Source of the DNA: Phyllosticta citribraziliensis
Lineage: Eukaryota
Direction: 5' to 3'
DNA: 64,000 nt
Assembly (NCBI RefSeq): GCF_038025025.1
Contig: NW_027117340.1
Span: 1-64,000 of the forward strand
Shown: positions 48,954-59,409 of the stretch, piece by piece
Position numbering within the stretch: the stretch's first letter is position 1
How the letters are laid out: the number at the start of each line of letters is the position of its first letter
Translations under genes and position numbers: made by a program
The notes under the pieces: model-generated
What the model was told of the DNA's origin: nothing
What the model saw: only the letters and a program-made list of their open reading frames with translations
Databases searched by the model: none

Positions 48954-50768
48954 ATGCCGCGCATCAACCGTCCCCTTCCCCGCTTCGCTCGCGGTGGCCC
49001 CTCTTCAAAAGTGACCAGGGCGTGGGGATTCCGCAGAAAAAACCTTCAGCGTCTATATGAATATTACGGGACCGTCATAAGGTCACGAGGCGTCCTCAAT
49101 GATGAAGAGCTATTGGCCTACATGGAAGAAAAAACGGCAAGAATACCACGTCTGCAGCGCCTCTCTACCAAAGAGCAACTAGACGGCGTGAAGTTCTTGT
49201 GGAGAAACAAACTGGACACGTTCGACGAAGCAGTCGCCAGCGGTCTCGTCAAGTTGGCGGACCCGAAAAAGGGTTTGGATGGGATGCACAGGATCGGCGA
49301 TCACCATCGCGAATTCTGGGACCAAGCACTGGGCAAAGACCGGATGGATGGGACCTTGCTTGAGCTGTTGCGGGACTTGAACGAGAAGCCGGCTGTCAGA
49401 ATGCTCATGGCCCACAGACCAACGCCGCTCTGGGGGAAAAAGCCCCATTGGAAGTCTGACTACAATTACCCGAAAAAGGCCGAGTACTACATTTTCAAGC
49501 ACGCCTTGGAGCTGCTCACCGAATCCTGCTTCGAATTTGTAAACAAATACGAGCCAGACTACCAGCACAGACGCAGAATCGAGTGTGCTGAGAGCTTCGA
49601 GTTGACAGTCTGGTTGGATTACATTAGGGAAGAGCTGGTCATGGGCAACATCTCCTGTCACAACTTGCGCGGCGGGGCGAGATTGAATGACTTTGAAAGC
49701 GTCGCCAACCAGGTTCGTCTGCTGCGGAATGATACCTTTCACCAAGGCCTGAGGACGAGCGAATTTCTTTCCGAGAATCTCACGCACGGCATCGAGCTTG
49801 CTCGGATGCTCGGAGATGAACGTCGTACGCGCCAACTGGAATCGATGAGAGAGGATTTAGACAAGGGCTCGCTGTTTGTCGAGTATTTGCAGAGTCGACT
49901 AGCCACGGAACTGGAGAGGGACGTCGAGATGGGCATTCTTGAGAAAGTCTTGATCGTCTTGCTGCAGCGCCTTCGCGATACAAGGGACGAGTACCAATCA
50001 CACGTCGTTGCGCTTCGAGCCCAATACAAGAACGAATACGGCATCGCGCTAAGAGAGAAGATGTTGAAGATTCGGGGTCCAGTTCAACTGGAAACTTCCG
50101 CCCAGAAAGCTGAAGGACAATTGAGCTTCGAGGAATGGCAAGAGGAGAGGGAGAGGAGTGTCTGGAGGAATGAAGCGGAGACTCCACAGTCTGACGTAAT
50201 GCAGGAGAATCAACATGAACACAAGTCCTCCAATCCACCGGCCGACAGCCAGCCGTTCGAACACTTTCCCCGAACAAGTGGACAGCCGTTGGGTTTGCGC
50301 AAGTCCTGGCTCAGTCCCGATGCAGACATCGAGTCGAAGGAATCGGACGCTCCTACGACAGCAGAGGCAGAGTCCACGACGAGGGACCCGGACGAAGTCT
50401 CACCAAGTGGCTCGGCTGCAGAGGCCATCGAAAAGGGTTCGGCGTCAGCTAAGGGTACGAAAAAGCAAGGGTACTACATTTGGAAGCCCCAAGCCGTCTC
50501 CGAGGACCTCGTCGACTCGAAAATCCCTAGTAATCAAAACTCTCCCGACGCTCCCACGCCTCAGCATACCAAAAGCTCTCCTGCTCCTCCGGCATTTGCA
50601 GACTCAAAGAAGAAATATGCGTCGGCCGCCCCCACTGCCGCTGCTACTGCAGCTGGCAAGGAATCAAAAGACGCGAAGCAGGCTGCTCCTCCGACCAACG
50701 AAGAAGTCCTTGATTTCACAGAGGTATACGGTAACCAGATCACTTCTAGCAGTCATCGGCTTAAATGA
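48954..50768 (+). CDS. Hypothetical protein: helical domain with RxxxxH motif, coiled coil and disordered tail
   Basis: Uninterrupted ~604-aa ORF with protein-like composition, containing LLTESCFEF...ELTVW...LRNDTFH. Confidence 0.7.
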   Translation: MPRINRPLPRFARGGPSSKVTRAWGFRRKNLQRLYEYYGTVIRSRGVLNDEELLAYMEEKTARIPRLQRLSTKEQLDGVKFLWRNKLDTFDEAVASGLVKLADPKKGLDGMHRIGDHHREFWDQALGKDRMDGTLLELLRDLNEKPAVRMLMAHRPTPLWGKKPHWKSDYNYPKKAEYYIFKHALELLTESCFEFVNKYEPDYQHRRRIECAESFELTVWLDYIREELVMGNISCHNLRGGARLNDFESVANQVRLLRNDTFHQGLRTSEFLSENLTHGIELARMLGDERRTRQLESMREDLDKGSLFVEYLQSRLATELERDVEMGILEKVLIVLLQRLRDTRDEYQSHVVALRAQYKNEYGIALREKMLKIRGPVQLETSAQKAEGQLSFEEWQEERERSVWRNEAETPQSDVMQENQHEHKSSNPPADSQPFEHFPRTSGQPLGLRKSWLSPDADIESKESDAPTTAEAESTTRDPDEVSPSGSAAEAIEKGSASAKGTKKQGYYIWKPQAVSEDLVDSKIPSNQNSPDAPTPQHTKSSPAPPAFADSKKKYASAAPTAAATAAGKESKDAKQAAPPTNEEVLDFTEVYGNQITSSSHRLK

Positions 50769-51977
50769 TCGAAGCTGAACTTTTCGGAGAAAAAGTCTTG
50801 ATTTTACAGTAATGATTGCATCATCAAAAGTTAGCATGATAAGGCGGATACCCCCTCTTCAGGCCAGAACTCGGTATCGGTCTGTTGGTCACATGTTCTT
50901 GCTCCTTCACCTACTACAATCGAAAATAGAGATCATCAAAGCGCCCGTGGGCCAAAGCCTGCAAATGTCACTAAATCTTTATGCCCCCAGTGACCTCCCA
51001 GAACCTGCCTGTAAAGGTCGCTTATCCTTGACGCTGCCATCTACTGATCCCCGTAATACGCTAAGCAATGCCGGAGACCTATGTGGTGCCTCATCACCAC
51101 AACACAACGCCAAACCTCGCCATACCGGCACACCTCTACCCAACCTCCCACTCCCTGTACCTCTGCACCTCTGCCTCTTCCAAACGGAGCACACAGTGAA
51201 ATGGCAAGCCAGACTGTCCCATCCCGCCAGCAGTAGACTTCTGGATCGTCTCTGGGGCTCCCTTGCAGTGCTGTCTGCTCGCTGCCACGCCGCTTCTCAA
51301 GTGGAAGACTCAGGTTTTATAGCCATGAGCGGTGGTGGTGCAGAGGCGCACGATTTGCGAAGGGGAGGTGGCGCTGTCACAGGTGGCAATGCGCACATGT
51401 GTCAGTGGTGGGAGTCCTGAGCGTAGAGGCAGCAGTTGTGCGTGGTATGCGTCAACCTGGGGAGTAGCATGGGTCCTGTGGACGCAGAGTAAGCAGTCGT
51501 GCGCGGCACGTGTCAGGTCAGGAGGACCTGTCAGAGCTGTGGCAGAGTCGACGTCGGAGTTGATGTTGCAACAAGAGCAGCAGAAGACAACCTACCTACC
51601 TAGCCACGGTAAAATGAAGGCCACAGCAGCAACATCAACACCACCCTCCACCAGCCTTCCCTCTCTCGCTGTAGGTACGTCGAGGCAACGACTGCAGCTG
51701 GACAGTTCTGTTTGCCCCCTTTTTCGCTATTTTTACTCGCTCGCTTGCTCTTGCTGGATTCTTTCGAGCATTCAGTCCTCCACCACCGCCGACTCAATAC
51801 CGAAACCAAGAGATAGATTACGCTCAGCATCACAGCGTGCCCTCACTCTCCACCCCTTCCCCCTTTCCCTCCCCTGCCAAACACAAATCATCCACATCCA
51901 CATCAGCCAGCGTCCCCACGTCACATTCATCGCAAAAGCCAACCACCAGGCCGTTCGACTCGCCTCGAACCCCCGCG

Positions 51978-52160
51978 TCAAAAGGGCTGCACAAAGAAAA
52001 CGAGATACTCCTCCCACGTGCCGCCCGCGGCATCGGTCGCCGCGGCCGAGCTGTGATCGAGTTGCGTCGGGCGGTTGAGGTGGGCGGGTTGGAGTAGAGG
52101 TTGAGATTGGGGCTGTGTTTGGGTGGAGGAGTGGGTGGGTTTGGAGGACGAGTTGCCCAT
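51978..52160 (-). CDS. Possible small orphan protein with N-myristoylation motif
   Basis: 60-aa ORF starting MGNSSS in a GACATGG context; no other support. Confidence 0.25.
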   Translation of the reverse strand: MGNSSSKPTHSSTQTQPQSQPLLQPAHLNRPTQLDHSSAAATDAAGGTWEEYLVFFVQPF

Positions 52161-52526
52161 GTCGATGAGATTTTGAATTGGTTTGGGGGGACTCGGGTGC
52201 GGTGGATTGTTGAAGGAAGAGGTCTGTGTGGAGGCAGCAAGGGAGATGTCTTGGAGGAAAAGGAGGTTGATTTATTTGAATATCGGAAAGTGTTCGCGAG
52301 CCTTTGACCAAGTCGCAGCATGTAAAAAGCAGGCTCGCGGAGTTTCACAGAAAGATCGTTTGCTCTCCGCAACGCCAACGTCCTGCCAAAGCGATAGACC
52401 AGCAGCGACAAAGACGCGTCATTTCCTTGCTTCTACGCGATATAAGCAACATCGGCCCAGCAACTATACAAACGGGGCATTCATCAGTCGTGACAGCGTC
52501 GATCCAACAAGTAAAGCGCAAACAGT

Positions 52527-55041
52527 CTAAACAAGAACTTTTCTCAGCACGTCCTGCACGCGCTGCACCGTCGCCGTCGACGTCGTTTGCCCGGCCATGA
52601 AGTAGATGACGTTTCCCAGGATGCGCGAGTGGATGTTCCAGTCGGCGCTGTCGCCCTTGAAGAGCGCTGCTTGGACGTCTTTGGCGGCCGTCGACTTGTA
52701 GCCTGTTGATGCAGAATTAGCAGCGGAATCACAATTTTGATGGGAAGTCTTACCGCCAGCGCCCTGCAGGTCCTTGAGGGTGATGGATAGCACGCTGCCC
52801 AGTGCCCAAACGCCTTCGACGCGCTCCCGATTGCTGGTCCACTCGACAAAGTCTTTGCTCCAGACGCTCCAGACCGGCTCGGCCTCCTGCTCGCTCTCTT
52901 GCGCGGGACCTGCCCACCTGCTCTTAAACTCGTCCCAGGCGCCAGTCGTGTCCAGTGTGCGCATCTCTTCGAGACTCTCAATCGCCACGCTGCAGCCGAC
53001 CGCGTGCGCCGTGTAGCTGTGTCCGTGGAGCAGCGCGTCGCTCTTGTCGTCGCTCTCAAATGCCTTGAAAATATCCTCGCTCGCCGCCGTCGCGCACAAC
53101 GGGAGAAGGCCGCCCGTCAACAACTTGGCATGCACCGAAATGTCTGGGTGGACCTGCAGCAAACTCGCCGCCGACGAGCGGCCCAAGCGATACAAGCCGG
53201 TAAAGACCTCATCAAAGATGACGGGAAGACCCGTCCAAGCATTCGCCGAGTTGGGGAAATGCGCGTCGTCAGCAAAGAGCTCTGGCGAGCTCCGCACGAC
53301 CGAGACGAGGGCGCGCTGGAATAGCGGGTCGACAAAGATCATGCCACCTGCGCCGAGGACGATGGGCTCGATGATGAGAGCGCCGAAGCGGCGGCCCTCG
53401 ACGCGAAGCTGCTTGAGCGTTTGCGTGATGAAGACGCGGTACTGCTCGTACTCGCGGCTCGCCTCGCGCGATTCGAGGTCCATGATATCAGCCAGGCTAC
53501 GGAACGGCTTGTCGGAACCAAACTGGTCCTGTAGAGCCGGGGGGACGGCCACTGTCCAGCGTCCATCGACACAGCTGACGGTGGGGTAGGAGAACCAGAA
53601 GCCTTTGCCCTCGTACCACTCAATTTTTTCGTTGTAGGTAGAAGGCTCGGAGCAATCCATGGCACCCATCGTGTCGCCGTGGTAGCTGCCACTGAGTCCC
53701 AGCACGCCGAGGTTGTCATTGGGACCCCAGCCGTAGCGGATGCGGGCCGCGCGAAGGGCCATCTTGACGGCAACCTCGATTCCGGTGCTACCATTGTCCG
53801 AGTAGAAGACGCGAGAAAGACGCGGATTCGACAGGTAGTCGAGCAGCGTTTCGGCGAGCTTCAGTGCCGGCTCGTGGACTGCTTCTGCAAACATGACGTG
53901 TCCGTAGCGCCCAGCGGCGTAAGCGGCAGCCAACATCAGCTGCGGGTTGCCATGGCCGAGTCCTTGCGTCCACCAAGAACCGGATCCATCGAAGGAGCTC
54001 TTGATGAGTGATTCGGCTCCCTGCTTCTTCTCGAGGGTTTGGAAGTAGTCGCCGCTCGCCGAGTCAATAGCCGTAATCTTTTCCGGTGATAGAAGCGTCG
54101 ACTGCGTAAATGGATACCAAATCTTGTTGTGAGCTCGGCTTGGCATTGACTCGAGATTTTTGACGCGGTCATCGTGACGTTGCTTCATGTGGCTCAAGAC
54201 TTCTTCGATGATGGGACTCTGGCTGTGCTTTTCATAGTACCTCAGCATCAGCTCCTCATCCGCCTCCTTTGAAGACTGCGGCGCGTGTAGCTTGGGAAGA
54301 GTTTTGCACGGCGTCCCATGCTGCTTGAAGTAGGTCTTGAGCTGGTGGTCATTCTGGTAGTAGTCGTCTTCAAAAAGCAACACGGACTCGACGTCGTATC
54401 CGCGAATCTTGAGCGACTCGTACGCGGCAATCGTCTGCGAAATGCCGCCCAGCTTCGAATCGGCAATCAAGACTGCAGGCACACGTAGGGGGCGGTACAG
54501 GTCGGCTTGCGAAGTTCCGGATGGACCGGGCGAGTGGACTCCTCCAGCAGTCTCGATGAATGCCCATCCTCCAAGCTCGGCGCGCTCAGACAAGACTTGG
54601 CGGATTTCGCTCAGCAGCGCTTCGTCGTTGGGAATGTGCTGATTGGTCAGAAAAGGACTTCAAATCACGGGCATTCGTACCAAATTCGAGACGGCGGCTG
54701 CCCTGTCTGGGCTGATGGGCAATTCATATTGATGCAGGCAAAGGCTCTTGAACGCTTCGTCCGTATTGTCGAGATGCTTGGCTAGCCGGTCGATCCCGAA
54801 TTTGCGAATGTGGCTGACAAATTAGAAGCTTGTAATTTCTTGGAATTGGGACTCACCTGGAATCCGCATCTTCAATGTTGCCCGTAGACACTGGTTTGAT
54901 GTACTGCACGCGATCTTTGAGCTTGGCGCGGGCAGCGTTGCACAGCACAGTCGAAATAACCGTCTTGCCGACCTCGGTGTTGGCACCCCAGACCTGAAAG
55001 GTGCGCAAATTGCGGTAGAGGACAGCACCAGCCGGCGCCAT
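52527..55041 (-). CDS. bioDA: Bifunctional dethiobiotin synthetase / DAPA aminotransferase
   Basis: GANTEVGKT, KPVSTG and ETAGG (BioD) are fused to SWWTQGLGH, DNGSTGIEVAVK, YHGDT, FDEVFTG, AKLLTGG and HGHSY (BioA). Three introns. Confidence 0.96.
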
Positions 55042-55503
55042 GGTGGACAACGAGAGAGCGACGGTTACGCGTCGTCCGGCATTGAATTATTGGTGGTGAA
55101 GAGTCGACGGGCGGATACGACACACGGGCCAATGACGTGGCGCCGGAGAAAAGGATGTTGGAGTGGTTGAGGTTGTTGTTGGATCCGGATGTTGTGGTTG
55201 GGTGTTGTTGTTGACTGTCATGGCCATCACTCATCGACCTATCACCAGCCGCCGGCCCGCCAGTCGCCGAGCATCGCCCGACACGGTCACCGAGGGCCAT
55301 TGAACCTACAACGTCGACGCCCATTGAGTCACCACCAGACCCTCTCCATCATGTTGAGCGTCATCATTCGGGCCAATTGACCGTGTACATCGCAATCAGC
55401 AAGAGCAAGGAACGTTGGGATTCATCACGGGACCGCAACGCGACAGACCCGGAAAATCGACACTCACGCCCGTCACATTTCCTAATCGAGACTCTCGTCC
55501 ACC

Positions 55504-56896
55504 ATGGCACCCCTGACCCCCTTGGAGGAACACTTTGTTTCCCTCCTCGCGCGCCGCAAGACGCGCTCTCTCCTGCGACGCATCGAGGACGCGCCACCTC
55601 CCAGCGTCGCCGACTTCACGTCCAACGACTACCTCTCGCTCTCCTCGCACCCCGAAATCACGCAAAACTACCTCTCCTACCTGACCTCCGCCTTTGCCCA
55701 CTCTCAAACCCAACCCCAAACCCAAACCCCCTCCCCCCTGACCCTCGGCAGCACCGGCTCGCGTCTGCTCTCCGGCCACCACCCGCTGGCAGCGCATCTC
55801 GAGACGCTGATCCCCGCCCACCACAACGCGCCGGCCGGCCTGCTCTTCACCTCCGGCTACGACGCCAACGCCGCGCTGCTCTCCACGCTGCCGCAGCCCG
55901 GCGATGCCGTCCTCTACGACGCGCTGGTGCACGCGAGCGCGCACGACGGGATGCGGCTGTCGCGCGTCGCCGCGACCAACGGGCTGCGTCGCTTCGCGCA
56001 CAACGACCCGGCCGCGCTGGCCGCCGCGCTGCGCAGGCTGGTAGACGAAGACGCAGCCTTCGCGGCCGGCTCCCGCAACGTGTTTGTCGTCGTCGAGGCC
56101 GTGTACAGCATGGACGGCGACGTGGCGGCGCTGCGCCAGATGCTCGATGTCGTCGACGCGGCGCTGCCGGCGGGCAACGGGTACGTCGTGGTGGACGAGG
56201 CGCACGCGACGGGGGTGGTCGGGCGCGGGGGCAGGGGGCTCGTGTGCGCAGAGGGTCTCGAAAGCCGCGTATTCGCGCGGGTCGTGACCTTTGGCAAGGC
56301 AGTTGGCGCAGCCGGCGGTACGTCCCCCCTCTCTCCCTCTACCCCTGACAACTACCCCTAACATCCTCGCAGCAATCGTCCTGTGTACGCCACCAACCAA
56401 GCAATACCTAATCAACTACGCGCGGCCCTTCATCTATACAACCGCGCCGTCCTTCCCCTCCCTCGCCGCCATCAAAGTCGTCTACGACTTCCTCATCGCG
56501 CGCCGCGCCGACCCGCTCGTCGCCCACCTGCGCCACCTGCACGCCACCCTCTCGTCCTCCCTCGTGGCCCTCGTCGCTGCGCTTGCGCCACCGCCGCGGT
56601 TGCTTTCGCTCTCCTTGCCTGAATTGCCTCCGTTCCCGTCGCCCCATGTGACGCCCATCGTGCCCATCTTCACGCAGCACCCGCGGGCGCTTGCGGCGTT
56701 TGTGCGCACGCGTGGATTTGTCGTGCGCCCGATCGTGGCGCCGACGGTGCCGCGGGGGACGGAGCGCGTGCGCGTGTGTCTGCATGCGGGCAACAGCGTT
56801 GAAGAGGTGGAGGGGCTGGTGCGTGCGGTCGGGGAATGGGTTAGGGAGAGGTTGAAGAGGGAAGGCGAGAAGGAGGGCGAGAGGGCTAGACTGTAG
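55504..56896 (+). CDS. bioF: 8-amino-7-oxononanoate (KAPA) synthase with PTS1 peroxisomal signal
   Basis: DFTSNDYLSL, GSTGSRLL, HAS, VYSMDGD, DEAH and TFGKA motifs. One intron at ~56318-56372; ends -ARL*. Confidence 0.95.
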
Positions 56897-57205
56897 ACGG
56901 ACTTGTTTGAGGGGTAGTTGGGTAGATTGAAAAAAGCTGCTAGAAAGATGTCAGCACGGAAAAGGGGCGAGGATGGTTTTGTCAGGAATGAGTCAAAAGA
57001 TTGCGGCTCACGTAGAATCTATGTTTGATACCTAGACTGTGATTCATCAATGGTACCAAAAAAGCCAAATAGAATAAATCGAGGTTGACTTGCGTTAGTG
57101 GGAAACGACGCAGAAAAGGGCCATGCTTGAACAAGAACAGTCGATATTCAGTCTATCTCATATAAATCATGCCATCATAACAGCAACCAATTTACTCTAT
57201 TCACA

Positions 57206-58603
57206 TCAAGCCTGAACCTCAGGAGCAGGACGCGGGCTCTTGTCGAAGCTCTTCATGGGCGCCAAACCCCAGCGGTTAAACATGCGGCCGTCCTCGTCCC
57301 AGCCGTTGCACTCGGTCGTCAGCATCTTCTCGCCGGTGAAGATGGCGTTGGCGCCGGCCATGAAGCAGAGGGCCTGCTTCTCCTCGCTCATGGTCTTGCG
57401 GCCGGCGGCGATGCGGATGATGGTGTCGGGCAGGGCGATGCGGGCCGTGGCGATGACGCGCAGCATGGACGAGAACTCGAGCGGCTTGTTGTTGCCCATG
57501 GGCGTGCCGGGGATGGGCACCAGCGCGTTGACGGGGAACGACTCGGGGTGCTTGGGGAGCGTCGACACCGTGTGCAGCAGGCCGACGTGGTCCTGCGACT
57601 TCTCGCCCAGCCCCAGGATGCCGCCGCTGCACACGTTGATGCCGGCGTCGCGCACGTGGCTCAGCGTCTGCAGTCGCTCGTCGTACGTGCGCGTCGAGAT
57701 GACCGACGGGTAGAACTCGCGCGACGTGTCGACGTTGTGGTTGTAGGCCGTCAGGCCCGCCTCCTTGAGCTCCTGTGCTTGGGCCCCGTCAATCATGCCC
57801 AGCGTCACGCACGCCTCCATGCCCAGCTCTCGGACTCCGGAAACCATGGCCTTGACGTTTTTGAGCGCGTTCTTGCGGCCTCGCATGTCGCGCCAGGCGG
57901 CGCCCATGCAGAAGCGCGTGCTGCCGTTTTCCTTGGCCGCGCGGGCCTGCTCCAGCACCGCCTCGACGGGCTCCATGCGTTGAGCCTTGAGGCCCGTCTG
58001 GTACCGTGTCGACTGGGCGCAGTAGCTGCAGTCCTCGCTGCAGCCGCCAGTCTTGATGTTCATGAGGGTGCAGAGTTGGACTTCCTTGGGGTCGTGGAAG
58101 CGGCGGTGGAGCGTGCTCTGGAGGGTATTAGTCACAGCTGGTAGGCCATTGAAGACGCAAACGAAGCCATTGGACGCCGCCGCTTGCACTGAAGCTGTGG
58201 CAGGGGGTGGAGAGCTTCGTCGGCCTGTACTCACAGCTTGGTAGGCCAGCTCCATCAGCGGCTGATAGTAGATGGCAGCAATTTCCTCTTTTGTCCAGTT
58301 GTTCCTCGGGGCCGTGGCAGCAACGGCCTTTTTGAAGATTTCGCGGGCATTGGCCTCGCGGTCGGCCTCGACAGAGGCGGGAGCCCTGGCCGGGGCGGGC
58401 GGAGGAGGAGAGGGCGTGTTGGTGATGTTGTTGTTGTCGACGACGGTGGACATGGGGGCGCGGCCAATGACGGGCCGTCGGTTCTCAGCGGGCGAGCGGA
58501 GGTTGGCCGTGACCGTGGCCGTGGGCGCCAGGACGCGGCGGGCCGGGGCGAGGGCGAGGGCGCATCTCGAGTGCGAGACAAGACGTGCGGCGGAGGTCGA
58601 CAT
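57206..58603 (-). CDS. bioB: Biotin synthase (radical SAM), mitochondrial
   Basis: CSEDCSYC, YNHNVDT, CSGGILGLGE, PESFPVN and ANAIFTGEK motifs, plus an Arg/Ala-rich presequence. Intron at 58118-58234. Confidence 0.97.
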   Translation of the reverse strand: MSTSAARLVSHSRCALALAPARRVLAPTATVTANLRSPAENRRPVIGRAPMSTVVDNNNITNTPSPPPPAPARAPASVEADREANAREIFKKAVAATAPRNNWTKEEIAAIYYQPLMELAYQAVSTGRRSSPPPATASVQAAASNGFVCVFNGLPAVTNTLQSTLHRRFHDPKEVQLCTLMNIKTGGCSEDCSYCAQSTRYQTGLKAQRMEPVEAVLEQARAAKENGSTRFCMGAAWRDMRGRKNALKNVKAMVSGVRELGMEACVTLGMIDGAQAQELKEAGLTAYNHNVDTSREFYPSVISTRTYDERLQTLSHVRDAGINVCSGGILGLGEKSQDHVGLLHTVSTLPKHPESFPVNALVPIPGTPMGNNKPLEFSSMLRVIATARIALPDTIIRIAAGRKTMSEEKQALCFMAGANAIFTGEKMLTTECNGWDEDGRMFNRWGLAPMKSFDKSPRPAPEVQA

Positions 58604-59409
58604 GGTGTGATGGGAGGTGGAGGAGCTGGAGACAGTGGTTCTCAGCTTTTGGAGTCGAGCGAGGGCAGCGAGGGAGACGAATCCCGAGCTTCTGATTCGG
58701 CGAGCGAGAGACCCATGTCATGGCGCTGCGGGGTCCAGTTCAGGTCGGTCGAGTTGTGGATCTTTCTGTTGAGGCCGACTCAGCGATCATGACGATGCTC
58801 AAGACTTTCTGGAGCCCACAAGTACAGCCGAAGCCCGCTGTCGGAGCGCGACGCCGTCATCCGGTTTCAAGCTGACACTGAGTGGTGGAGTGGGCTGGGC
58901 TGCCGTGTCAATCGTCGGTGAGGGTCTTGGTAAACACCATGCTGGCCACCACCACGTCCCGGCGACAGGACATTCTTCCTCCACGAAAGACCCGCGCGTG
59001 TCCTCCTTTTGAACGACAAATCCACCACTTTTGATTTCAAGCAATCCAACTCCCAGGCCGCCCTTATCACTCCCTCGTCCTCTGTCGTCATTCTCTCCGC
59101 CGTCCACGACATGAAGCTTCAATGCACCCAATTCGCAAGAAACAACACGTCCAAGGCAATTCGACCGACAAGTGTCGCGGTCGTCGCGTCGTGATAAGAG
59201 ATGGGCGCGGATACACCATCAGGACCCGCGATCACATCATCCCCTCAAGCTTCGAATCCCCCACTATCCCGCCTCCGCGTCCCTTATACGCTGCCCATTC
59301 GTGCTGCTGCTGCATGACCACCATGGCCCTGTCAATGGCGAGCATATCCGGCTACCAAGCCACATAAATAGACGTAGCTTTCCGTCGTGTACTTGAACAT
59401 TCTTCAACC

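Noticed and set aside
55042..55503. Yeast Vhr1-type biotin response element (AATCA-N8-TGAYT) in the bio promoters
   Set aside because: No exact match found here or upstream of bioB.
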